Below, piece after piece: positions 26,057-38,815 of a stretch of 63,928 nucleotides of DNA; position 1 is the stretch's first letter, and each line of letters starts with the position of its first letter. Location of the stretch: positions 38,839,263-38,903,190 of the forward strand of contig NC_057718.1 in the NCBI RefSeq assembly GCF_004010195.1, in the 5' to 3' direction. The notes beneath the pieces are model-generated. The model was given only the letters and a program-made list of their open reading frames with translations. It was not told where the DNA came from and did no database searches. The translations under genes were made by a program, and so were the position numbers. This DNA comes from Chiloscyllium plagiosum (Eukaryota).

Positions 26057-29000
26057 ATGATCCGATCCAATTGTACATCGCAAAACCAAAGTTTACAGGC
26101 TACAAAGGAACTAAATTCTGCCATTAAGCTACAATGATAACATCTCTGAAGTAAAGGCCCTTCCACATCATAGACAAAATCATTTCATACTTGCCTTTTG
26201 GTGGAAGAATCTGGCAGCTGCAATATGTTCTCTTCCAGTAATTGTTATTGAATATGGTTGTGAAATAGAAACTTCAGGGTCTGCTTTTATGTGTCTTTGA
26301 TTTCATTTGCTTAGCTGATATAACAAGGAAATAATTGATATGCATAACATAATGGTCAAGATTTGCATGAGGCAATGATTTTAATTCTGGATACTTAGAC
26401 AATTAATCCTGCTGATTAAGTGTAAATTGAAGACAGATGGATGGCATTTCTTAATCAGTGAAGGCATGATTTGTGCAATTGCTAGAAGGGGCAATTAATT
26501 CATCCCCAAAGAGAATAAAAAAGCAGTAATACATTCCATGTGCTTTGCACATAATGGCACCTGTTTTGTGAGGGTTTTATGCAGATGACTTTCAGTCTGG
26601 CTTGGTGAGGTTCCCAATTTGCGTTTGTGTGAGTTACTTGCACAGATTTCCCGTCATCCATCATGTTTCCTTTAGTGTTGCTATTTGTTTGCTTCTGATG
26701 CTCTTTTAGCACCCCCTCCCTCATTTCAGTTGAGCCCCTTTACTCAAAATATTAACATGCCCACTTTACCCTGAGAGCTGTGGCTTTGGAAATTCCTATG
26801 TTCTTGTTGGCCCAACACCTTCACCATGTTGAGCCCAGAGTTACCATGACCTGGTATGAATACCATCCCCACTTCCAAATCTCCCAATTCCTACCACCTC
26901 CCATATTCACCATGAGATCCCACTTTACTAACTATATTGTCTCCCATGGACAGCTCTCTTCAGAGACTCAGTGTATTTAAGACCAGGCCCAGACTTAAGT
27001 TGCTCACTTTCACAGGCCTCCATGGACTACCTAATAAACTCCCTGACATTATTGAACATGCTCCCACCACTGTCCATGACTCACCCAAGACTGACTTAAC
27101 AGGACAGACCTGACCATGGGATTCATGTCTCAACAGCAGTGTGACTGACCTATCTATAAACCCTGAACTGTTTGCACTTGACTGTAGCACTGTAGATCAC
27201 AAATCCTAGCCTCAAGTAGGACAAAGTGCCTGACTAACAGAGGCCAACTACCTGTGAGTTGGAAAAGGATACTAAGACCGACTCCATGTTTGAAGTTCTG
27301 CAGTTAGCTGCACTATTGGATAGGAAGCCAAACGACACAGATTCTGAATAGGAAACTCATTGAGGACAGCTCTGTGCTATCAGAAATCAGGAAAAAAATC
27401 CTATTAATTAGTGGGCAGCTATATGCTAAGATCAGTGCTGAGAAGAAGTCACGGGATATTGGGTAATTGCAACTGTCACTGGCTCTGTGTTAGGGGAGGC
27501 TGTAAGGGGCTTAAAAGAAGAATGCGAGCATTAAGTCTTCAGTACAGTTGAGAAAGTAAAGGCCAAAAACACTCACAGGTAGATTTACTTGATACAACTG
27601 AGAAAGATTGGAGATCTTGAAAAAGCCTTGGGACAGGACTGGCTTGGTAAAGAGAGCTGTTGGTGAAAAGCTGGAACTATGCATGTGTAATTGTGCTGGA
27701 ATGCAGTTTTGCAGGCCAAGGGAGCATAGATCCAGGAAAAGAGATAAAGACCAGGACAGGAGCAGTCACTGGAACAGACCCACACAGAATGCTGTGATCC
27801 CAGTTGGCGGCAATACTGGACAGGACAGATATTGGAATGAAATCTGACTTGAGAAATTGTATGCTTTCTTCTTACAGTTGGTTAGCATAGTTGTTAGTCA
27901 TTGACATACATGAGACTGCAGATGTTCTTTATCATAAGTTCCACAAAAGAAGAATAAAAACACCTTTACACATATCACAGTTAGAAAGTTCAAAACCAAG
28001 TTTGAACCTATTTCCTAATACTATCTTTCCTCAGTTTCTTTTCCTTGAACTGCAGAGACAATTTCACAATTCCTTTCCTAGTCCATGGGCAGAAACATCT
28101 CTCAATTTTGATGGCCTAAGCTTTGCTAGTTTTAACAACTTGGAGACTCATATACAAGCTTTCTGGACTTGGAAACACCAAAAACTGGAAACCACTTCTG
28201 CTGAACTGATTCGATTTTCCTGTATGGAGTAATTGCTCTAACTTAACTGAAGTCCAGATTCTTCTGAACTAAAAGTTTGAACTTTCTGTTCTGCAGTTTG
28301 AATACTAGACTACTTGCCTTAATGTGTTTACTCTATCTGTCATAAGCACAACAGTATAAACATCTCATGCATTAACATTACCGAGGTCCCTCAGGCAGTT
28401 GATTGAATACATATGCCTATGAGAAGTACTTTTTAAAACAATTACCTTCACAGAACTGACTAAAACTCAAGCTTCAATTAAAAAAAAATCCAAATTCTAA
28501 CTAAGATAATATACAATATATCTTTATCACAGGAGCAAATCTTGAGAGGGAATTTCAAGTTCAAACTGGCAAAAGTAAAGAATTGTGATCTCTTGTGAAG
28601 ATTAATGTGATTTGATGACCTGCTCTGTCATAAACATCTGGAGGGAATTATTGAGAAATCCATGGTTTTCCATCTTGATTGCATTTCTTATTTGATGTGT
28701 ACTATGGGGTGTTCGGTCACAGTCACATCGATTAACCACATATTGATTCTGGATGTTACCAATAAATTGTACATGCATTATGGATTTTATTCCTGTTTTA
28801 ACATTGTGTAGTAAAGTGTATTGTTGTTTATTCAAAACCTTGGAGTCTTGTGGTTTAATTCTTTACTAAGTCTCATGGATCACATATTTTTGCTGCTTTA
28901 AAAAACAAGTTACTGCGTCCAGCCATATTGCACCATACTTTGGCAGTCTGGGGCGAGATCATAACAGCTGTTGAGATGATATAATCAATTTTACACAATT

Positions 29001-31887
29001 GTATAAAGTCAAAGTCTCTCCCAAAAAGCTCCAACATTATAGGAATAGCTATATCAGGTGTTGCATCTTATAAAAGGCTTTTGCTCACACATCAAAGGGA
29101 AGGACCATTGTAAGCCTTATTTCTTTCTTTTTGATCTGAGGTGCTCCCGGTCCAGGGATAAGAAAGGAGGACTGATCACCATTTAGCTGTACAACTGCTT
29201 GCAATTCAAGGGACAAGGTGACCAAAAGAATATATAGTGTCTTCCAGAAGTAAATATGCAAGAGGCTACAGGAAGATTACCAATTTTGGAATACTCTGCA
29301 TTTGTCTAAATAAAGTATATGCAATAGTATGCATGATGCATGAAGTTCACTCTCAACCTGGTGTACATTTACCGAGGCAACATGTGAAAGCATTTGAGCA
29401 ACCTTTTAGTTCTTTCACACTCATGGATGCATTTCATGTAGGGCCGGTTAAGCTTTCCAGATGGCATTGAACTAAATACCTTCTCTCACCAAACAAAAAA
29501 ACAAATGTTTCAAGCTATACCCACAATGCATGTTTCTAAGAAAACATATGCTGTATGTTTGTTGACTCACACACAAATTGAAAAATAGGGTGGATTTTAT
29601 TGCCTCCTGGGGGAGGGTGTCAGGTGGCCCAACGGCTATGTGCCAATAGAAACTCTTCAGTTTTAAAATAATGGTATTGCTGGGACAAGAGAAATGTCAA
29701 CTATATGATTGGCTGGCAGCTCTCGGATGCAAGGACTTCATTCCAAAACCAGGATGGAGGGGATTTTGGGGATGCGTAGTGTGGGGGCTGGGCTAGTGAG
29801 GGTAGAAACATGAATAGAGTTTCTTATTAAACAATTGTGGACTGAGCTGGCCAAGCAGGGGCAGGCTCAACCCTGACATTTACACTAGGGCATGTCTACC
29901 CAAAGCTGAACAACAAAAAATCTAACCCACATTGTGGGGTATCACTTCATCTTCTCTTCAAATTCCAGTGCCTATTTCCTTTGCGTTTTCTTACAGGGGA
30001 AAGTCATACATAATGAGTGTGCCCACAGATGCACCACAAATTTCCCAGCACCCTGTCTGCAAATCACATAAAAGCAATCACATTAGAAATTCTGGTTCGC
30101 AGTCCATTGAGGTAGCATAGTAGGGTTCATGGCAGACGTCTTCCCCATTTGAGCTAATACATCCTTTAATTTTTATTCTTTCTGAATCCACTTACTCTGA
30201 CTGTCATCATGCACCGTCTGCATGAAGAAGTATTTTGCTGCCAGCATTCTAACATATGTTCTTTCTGTTTACATAGGCAGCCAGGAAGGCCCAGAAGCAG
30301 ATGGTAGTGATGAGACCAACACCTCTCATCATCCTGCGTTACTCATTCCAACTGCTACAACTATCAGCACATGTACATGCAATCTGCGAGATTTAGTCAT
30401 GGATTTTCAGGATGAACACCAGGTAAAGCATTGACCATGAGTAAGTAGAAGCAAGTGGATTGTAATTAGCTGGATGGACAGAATACAAACTCATACCGTA
30501 ACAAGTGAGATGTTTAAGAACTTGTCTTCTCTCTCTTGATCCTCTCTTCAGAATTGGGGAAATTTAACTGAGACAAAACTATGCAACTGATCAATCCTGA
30601 TGCCATTGTAAATGACCTGATCCTCACTCCAATAAACCTATGGCCAATTCTTAATTGTCCTTTCTCAGAAATGCCAATCCTCTTATAAGTTTTATTATTA
30701 GTCTACCTGATATCAGGTTATACATACCAGGAATAAAAGCTACAAACTTATTAGTTTGTATTGTTCAATATTTTACTAAGTCACTGCAGATCATACATCA
30801 TACACAAAAATACATTGTTGATTGTTCTAACAATTCTTTAATTGTGAAAGAATTTACCTTTTCAGAACAAATACAGCAATGAGTTCCCACACACACACAA
30901 GGGTCAAATCTGTTTGTCATTGTAGTAGTGTTGGAGAAAAAAGAATGCACATAGTAGACAATAATTTGTCATGGCAAGCCATCTAATGATGTCTGTTGTT
31001 AATTAGTCATGCCCATGTACATTTAAGTTTTTAAATTTTTTACAAGGTATGTTGTTAAAATGCAAAATTGTAATGTCACAGCAAGGCAAATTGGGCATCA
31101 AGAACTTGAGCCAAGAAGACAAACAACTACATATTTCAATCATTCAGATTGAAGGATTGTGAAATTAATTGCATTTTTGACTCAAAACACTAACTCTGTT
31201 TCTCCCTCTGCAGATGTTACCAGACCTGCTGAGTTTCTTTGGCACTTTCTGTTTTTAAATTCAAAGCCATTTAAGATTCAGAAAGAGAATTATAAACAGT
31301 GTTGGAAAGGTGGACTAAGAGAGGCGAGGAGGCAAAAAAGATAGGTTGAAAAGATATGGAATGCAAAATTTTACATTTTAAAAATAACTATCACTTAAAG
31401 GCCAAAGGAATGAGACTTCACACTTTTACCAGTTCATTTTCAGTGACATTGAGATTGATTGCCAGTAATTATCATTTATCATTCTATTGAAGGAGACTTG
31501 AACTTGAAATGATAAGACTTAATTTTCTTAGGTACTTATAAATAATTTCTACAGTGTAAATGTTGTAATTTTATGTCATTCTACATTTTTAAATGATAAG
31601 GTAGATAGATATGTTGTGTTTCATAAAGATAGACTTTGAGTGGTTCAACTCAAGAAAGCAGATTTTAGATATTCATGTTTAGCTACACATCACCACCTCA
31701 CCTGAAGTTGCTGTGCCAATTACTCATAAAGGGTAAGAAAAATCCCTCTACATTGGTTTTATCACAGCAGCATTTACTGTAAAACTATCTTGACATCTGA
31801 GTGAAATTGTAGTTTCTTTCTACATGAACTAAGATCTTAAAATCGTGCATCTTCAGAGAGTGAGGCAGGTTTCGTGTGGTCGATGAT

Positions 31888-33999
31888 ATAGAGTCATAGA
31901 GATGTATAGCACGGAAACAGACCCTTCAGTCCAACTTGTCTATGTCAACCAGATATCCCAACCTAATCTAGTCTCACTTGCCAGCACCCCAAACCCTTCC
32001 TATTCATAACCCCATCCAGATGCCTTTTAAATGTTGCAATTGTACCAGCCTCCACCACTTTCTCTGTCAGCTCATTCCATACACGCACCACCCTCTGTGT
32101 GAAACCATTGCCCCTTAGTTCTCTTTTATATCTTTCCACTCTCACCTTAAACCTATGCCCTCTAATTCAGGATTCCCCCACCCCAGGGAAAAGACGTTGT
32201 CTATTTATCCTATCCATGCCCTTCATCATTTTATAAACCTCTATAAGGTCACCCCTCAGCCTCCAATGCTCCAGGGAAAACAGCCCTAGCCTATTCAACC
32301 TCTCCCTATAGCTCAAATCCTCCAACTTTGCCAACACCCTTGTAAATCTTTTCTGAACCCTTTCAAGTTTCACAACATCTTTCCGATAGGAAGTAGAACA
32401 GAATTGCACGCAATATTCCAACAGTGGCCTAACCAATGTCCTGATCAGCCACAACATGAGCTCCCAAATCCTCTACTCAATACTCTGACCAATGAAAGAA
32501 AGCATAACAAACACCTGCTTCACTATGCAAAAGTGAGGACTGCAGATGCTGGAGATCAGAGTCAAGATTAGAGTGGTGCTGGAAAGGCACAGCAGGACAG
32601 GCAGTATCCGAGGAGCAGGAAAATCGACGTTTGGGCAAAGACCCTTCATCAGGAATGAGGCAGGGCGCTTCCGGGTGGAGAGATAAATGGGAAGGAGTTG
32701 GGGGTGGGGAGAAGGTAGCTAAGGTAGTTAGGTGGATGGAGGTGGGCATACTTAGCTACCTTCTTCCCAGCCACAACCCCCTTCCATTTATCTCTCCACC
32801 CCGGAGGCTCCTTGCCTCATTCCTGATGAAGGTCTTTTGCCCGAAACATCAATTTTCCTGCTCCTTGGATGCTGCCTCACCTACTTCACTATCCTATCTA
32901 CAGTGGCTCTACTTTCAAGGAGTTATGAACCTGCACTACAAGGTCACTTTGTTCAGCAACACTCACTAGGACCTCACCATTAGGTGTGTAAGTCCTGCTA
33001 AGATTTGCTTTCCCAAATGCAATACCTCGCATTTATCTAAATTAAAGTTCATCTGTCACTCCTCAGCCTATTGGCCCATCTGATCAAGATCCCATTGTAA
33101 CCTTCTGCACAATCCACTACACCTCCAATTTTGGTATCATCTGCAAACTTACTAACTATAACTCCTTTGTTCACATCTGAATCATTTAGATAAATGATGA
33201 AAGGTAGTGGACCCAGCACCGATCCTTGAGGCACTCCATTGGTCACAGGCCTCCAGTCTAAAAAACAACCCTCCACCACTCTCTGTCTTCTACCTTCAAG
33301 CCAGTTCTGTATCCAAATGGCTAGTTCTCCCTGTATTCCATGAGATCTAACCTTGATAACCAGTCTCCCATGGGGAACCTTGTCCAACGCCTTACTAATG
33401 TCCACAAAGGTCACATCCACTACTCTGCCCTCATCAGTCCTCTTTGTTCTTCTTCAAAAAACTCAATCAGGTTTGTGAGACATGATTTCCCATGCACAAA
33501 GCCATGTTGACTATCCCTAATCAGTCCTTGCCTTTCTAAATACATGTAAATCATGTCCCTCAGGATCCCCTCCAACAACCTGCCCAACACCAATGTCAGA
33601 CTCACCGATCTATCGTTCCCTGGCTTGTCCTTACCACCTTTCTTAAATAGTGGTACCACATTAGCTAACCTCCAGACTTTCAACAGCTCACCTGTGACTA
33701 TCGATGATGCAAGTATCTCAGCAAGAGGTCGAGCAATCACTTCCCTAGCTTCTATATTTTCTATGTCCTTCTCCACAGTAAATACTGATGCAAAATACTC
33801 GTTTAGTATCTCCCCCATTTTCTGCACCTCCACACAAAGGCTGCCTTGTTGATCTTTGAGGGGCCCTATTCTCTTTCTAGTTACCCTTTTGTCCTTAATG
33901 TATTTATAAAAAATACTTTTGAATTCTCCTTAACCCTATTTGCCAAAGCTATCTCATGTCCCCTTTTTGCCCTCCTGATTTCTCTCTTAAGTATACTCC
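31888..33999 (-). mobile_element. CR1 LINE 3' half (RT and 3' tail), same family as 2830-6345, with an internal deletion and a nested PLE fold-back
   Basis: LANVVPLFKKGGKDKPGN, SQHGFVHGKSCLTNL, GVPQGSVLGP, SKFADDTK, KLERVQKRFTR; tail ends ctctatgactctat. Confidence 0.93.
32527..32877. mobile_element. Fold-back Penelope pLTR derivative with two opposed hammerhead cores
   Basis: Inverted arms around about 32745; CTGATGA on minus at 32646-32652 and on plus at 32823-32829; TSD cacctgcttcactat (32512-32526) / cacctacttcactat (32878-32892). Confidence 0.88.
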
Positions 34000-34085
34000 G
34001 ATGTCCAGCGATGCATGAAGTCAAACAGCAAAGGCAGTAACTGCGCAGGTTCACTGCTGTATCAGTTAGCAGTGTGGGTTTCATT

Positions 34086-34112
34086 CTCTCTCTCTCTCTC
34101 TATCTATCTCTG
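34086..34112. repeat. (CT)n microsatellite
   Basis: tctctctctctctctctatctatctct. Confidence 0.8.
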
Positions 34113-35393
34113 TCCTGCACTGACCATGTGCTACCTTTATCTGTCATTCTCCCTTTTAAAAGTGCTGTTGTTTTGACATTTTTCTCTCAAAAGTTCCAAA
34201 ACAATGCAACAGCATATAAAACAGTAATTGGTGCTCCTGGAATTTGAGGAAATCACCTCCAAAACCTAAAATAGCTCAAAAAAGGAACAGCCTGTTATAG
34301 CCAGAAATTTTTCCTGTCCTCCATCTTGGATTACCTAGCTAAACAGAGTTAATCGAAAGAGAAAGAAGCTTTTAGATGGGACAGGATTAAGGAATCTCAA
34401 GGTTCTAAACTAAGTAATGTGTCATTTCCTCTACGATAGATTTTTCAATTAATTCAGATCACTAGTCACACACACTTCTGTTAGGCTTTGTGAAGTAATC
34501 TCATCACACATTTCACAGAATTCACAGTTCATTGTAATTAGTGGCATTCAAACATTTCAAATTTACACAAATACCATCAAGTGAACCTGATACTTGTATA
34601 CGCTTATGCTTCTCCCAAATTAACTCTATGGATATAATGCTTCAAAAGAAATGAATATTGCTATATTTTGAATGCTTTCAGTAATGAATAATCTTTGAAA
34701 ATATATATATATTTTCAACTGGAGGGGAAGTGTGATATTGCCATCAGTTTCAGCATTTTCAAGTTGTCAACCAATAAAAGCATAGAAGTTTACTGATCAT
34801 TATCATCAGTCCAACAACTAATGACCAAAGTGTTTTTGTGTAGACTCATTATTAGTCTCAATTGTGTAATAATATAGAAAGTAATAATTCCAAAAGGGTT
34901 AATGTTGGAGAATGCATTAAGCTTCACCCAGTCTGGTTAGGGGGATGATCTGTCATCATCATCTCCTAATTATATTAATTATAATGCTGAACTAGCTGAT
35001 ACAATCTGTACCTATTGCTATAATGCAAATAAGCTGCACCTTATTAAGACAAGAACCTCGTCTCATTAAGATACACCAGTGGTTCATCTTCTGTCACCGT
35101 TAACCAAACAGGTCCTTAAACAAGGTATGATAAGGCAGTGCCTCGCGTAAAGGCCAAATGGTTAGGAGGATGGCTTTGAAATCCATAGTATTCTGCCCTC
35201 ATAGCTTCAAATCCTGCTGATTACAGTTATGAGAACTCTTGTGTCCTATCCGGGTTCAAGTTTTGCTTGCTCCAGAGGTTCGGGTAATAATTTCCCTGAA
35301 TAGGTTGATTATGGGAATATTTAGAAAGGAAGATTGGTGGCAGCAACCTATCCCAACCATTAGCTGATAATGCTTGGTTTGACAGCACAGAAA

Positions 35394-35727
35394 ACATAGA
35401 ATCCCTACAGTATGGATGCAGGCCATTGGCTTATCGAGTCCACCCTGCTCCTCTGAAGAGAATTCCACCCAGACCCACCCACTACCCTATAACCCCAAAT
35501 TTCTGATGGGTAATCTACCCATCCCTGGACACGACAGGCAATTTAGCAGGTCAATCTACTGAACCTGCACATCTTTGGACAGTAGGAGGATACTGGAGCA
35601 CCTGGAGGACACCCATGCAGATATGGGGAGAATGTGAAAAGTCTGCACAGGCAGTTGCCCGAGGCTAGAATCAAACCCAGATCCCTGGTCCCGTGAGGCA
35701 GCAGCACTGAGCCACTTGTACCACTCC
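35394..35727 (-). mobile_element. HE1/V-SINE-type SINE (older copy)
   Basis: Minus-strand tRNA-like head gtggctcagtgctgctgcctcacgggaccagggatctgggtttgattc; V-SINE-like core; tail ctgtagggattctatg. Confidence 0.85.
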
Positions 35728-36440
35728 ATGTCACATAGTGAACAGTGACATGTATCATTGCTTAAATACCACAATGTAACAATGATATTAAAAAATCCAC
35801 CACATATCGAGGAAACATTTTCAAATGACAGGTGAGTTTGCCACTTTAAATATTTTACCACTTTAAGAATATTTATACAATAAGTCAGCAGCTGCACATA
35901 CTTTAAGAAACATGCAATTTACAGAATGTATGAAATGCACAAAAGGTAGAAAACAGCATTCCAGGTTAAAAGCTTCACTTCAAAGTTAGTAAGGACTTAA
36001 AAAAACCTGTCATATTTGGGAGTTACAGTGTCCTTACAGAAGAAGGGTCTGTAGGGACGGTCCTCATTTGAAGTCTCGCGGGGAAGGGATCATTTTGGTT
36101 ATAGGGGAGTAAAATTGAAAATCTGTTAGGCAAGGGGAAAATCTTTAAGTTAACAGCGCTCAGGATCAGGCTGGGAAAGATAGGGCAATAAAGCAGTATT
36201 TATTGTTCACAATGAGTGTTGCTGCTGTAGCAATCCCACAGAGGAATAGCTACAGCACTGAAGTCAAGGGCCATAGATTTAATTTATGTTGAGGTCAAGG
36301 ACATTATGGAGTGGTCTTAATGTGACAAAAAAGTAATATAAAAGATAAAGAAGACTGAATCTAACATTAGAGTTTAGTTAGACTCTTAAGACTGTTAGAA
36401 ATTAGAGGGTTAGAGATAAGAAATGTCAACCATAGTTCTG

Positions 36441-36980
36441 TGTGGGTGTCTGTGTGCGCGTCTGTGTGTATGTGTGTCTAGGAGTGCCTGTGTGTGTGTG
36501 TGTAGGAGTATCTGTGTGTGTGTGTGTGTATAATGCAATGGTGGTCACCTGTAATGTGACATGTGATATGTGTGATCTTCTTGGACACACATATGCACAG
36601 ACGTGCACACAGACACCCACACACACCCTTACAGACACACACACTCCCACACTCACACATGCACCCCCTCACAGACATAAGACACTCTGCACTCACTGCA
36701 CACACACACACATACACTTTCTCACACTCACAACCCCCAACCCAGACAGACACACACACACAGACAGACAAACCCACATGCACACATATATTTTGTGGGG
36801 TGAACTTGTACTTTTTTTGCTATAAATTCTGTGTTTTAGGATTGAGCCCTCCACTACCACCTGATGAAGGAGCGTCGCTTTGAAAGCTCATGTGCTTCCA
36901 ATTAAACCTGTTGGACTATAACCTGGTGTTGTGTGATTTTTAACTTTGTACACCCCAGTCCAACACTGGCATCTCCAAAT
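36441..36980 (+). mobile_element. Penelope-like element 3' end/pLTR (second family) with an inverted (TG)/(CA)-rich 5' segment and a hammerhead core
   Basis: 36441-36484 is an inverted copy of about 36578-36621; CTGATGA-a-GGAGC..GCTTT-GAAAGCTC at 36861-36889; TSD catagttctg (36431-36440 / 36981-36990). Confidence 0.8.
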
Positions 36981-37884
36981 CATAGTTCTGGAGGGAAGAT
37001 TTGTTAAGGTTATAGCCATAAAATGTTATTGGGAAAGCTGTGCAGGGGCATTTTAGCCAGTTAAAGGTGAGAAAATGGTCTATTTAAATGTGGAAAACTC
37101 AAATCTTAGCTGCAAAAGAAAGGGAAACTTTCATTTTATTTGAAAGAGATGAGAATTCCTAGTAAGCAGTACAGAGATACAACATTCTTATTTTATAGAA
37201 TTTGAAACTTTATTAGAAGAAAATATTATAGTACTTCTATGTTGCAAAGTTTAAAAATTTATATAATGAAGAGAATAAACAGCATTTTTTCTTTTTCTTT
37301 TGCAAGCAAATATCTTCTAAATAAGAGATTATACCAGCATTTATTGACTGGAGGACTAAATATTTTAAAGTCAATAATAAAGCAGCATTTAAATATATAG
37401 AATTTAAAACTGTTTTGAAAGAAGAAAAAGAATAATTGCACCCAGGAGACATAATATGTGGAACAATAACACCACAGAGATTTAATGAGATTGACCAAAT
37501 AAACACAGGACTAGATATCTTAGAGAAAACAATTCTTAAGATACAGAATTGCTTCAAACGTAATGTTGACGAGGGATGTGGGTTTATCATTGGCCAGAAA
37601 CTGAACTAGTCTAGCCAATATAGATACAAAGGCTATAAAAGCAGGTCAGAGGCTAGGAATTCTGCTGTGAATGGCTTACCTCTTGATTCCAAAAAGCTTG
37701 TTCCAAGGGTAAAATAGTAAAGTTGTCAATCAACTGGTTAAAAGGCAACTGTAAGTTGTTGTATTAGGCCTTGTAGACTTATGACAGAATCCAAAATAGA
37801 GAATGCATTGAAATTACCTATGATGATGTAAAGTAAATATTTTATATGGCTGAGAAGAATTAATGGCTAGCAAGTCAAAAGTAG

Positions 37885-38015
37885 CTGAAGCAACTTTGAC
37901 AAGAATTTGGACAGGTACATGAAAAGGGAACACTTAGAGGGCTTTGGGCCAAACAAAAGCAAATGGGACTAGTTTAGTTTGAGGAAACTTGGTCAGCATG
38001 AACGAATTGGACCAA
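37885..38015 (+). mobile_element. CR1 3' tail fragment
   Basis: tttggacaggtacatga..ttagagggctttgggccaaac..aaatgggactag..ttggtcagcatgaacgaattggacc resembles the CR1 tails at 31888 and 61101 (opposite strand). Confidence 0.7.
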
Positions 38016-38024
38016 AAAGCAATT

Positions 38025-38815
38025 AAGAACTTGGGAACATGAAAAGTGGCAAGGAATGTTTGCATATGCAAATCCCAGGCAAACAGCATCACCAATAAGA
38101 GACGATCTAACCACTGACCCTTGGCATTAAATGGCATTACCATCATTGATTCCCCCACTATCAGTATTTTGGGTGGAGAGGGGGTGGGTTTATCATTGGC
38201 CTGAAACTGAACTGGTCGAGCCATATAAATACAATGGCTACAAAAGCAGGTTAGAGGCTAGGAATGCTGCTGTGAATGGCTTACCTCTTGACTCCAAAGA
38301 GCCTGTTCATCATCACAAGGCACAAGTCAGATGTGCAATGGAACATTCCCCTCCCCACTTGCCTGGATGAGTGCAGCTCCACTCAAGAAGCTTGACATCA
38401 TCCAGGACAAAGCAGCCCACTTTATTGACATTGTATCCTCAAACATCCACCACTTCTACCACCAGTGATCAACAGCAGTACTGTGTACTTCTACAAGATA
38501 CACTGCAGAAATTTACCAAAGCTTCTAAGACAGAACCTTCTAAACTCATGACCACTTCCATCTAGAAGCACAAGGGCAGCAGAAAAATGAGAACCACTTA
38601 CGTATTCCCTTTCAAATCACCCACCATCTTGATTTAGAAATATATTGCCATTCCTTCAATATCAGTGAGTCAAAATCCTGGAACTCCTTCCTTAACATCA
38701 TAGTAGGTCTATCTACAACATGTGGACAGCAATGGTTCAAGAAGGCAGCTCACCATAACCAGCCAATAAATGCTGACCCAGCCAGTGATGCCCACAACCC
38801 ATCAATGAATTAAAA
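38025..38815 (+). mobile_element. Decayed LINE 3' region (CR1/L2 group) sharing its tail with the SINE at 1700-1960; a related piece lies at 37575-37705
   Basis: HKAQVRCAMEHSP and KKLDIIQDKAA RT C-terminal motifs; tail gccaataaatgctgacccagccagtgatgcccacaacccatcaatgaattaaaa. Confidence 0.7.

Noticed and set aside
36426..36883. Val/Cys- and His/Thr-rich ORFs
   Set aside because: Translations of the TG/CA low-complexity tracts.
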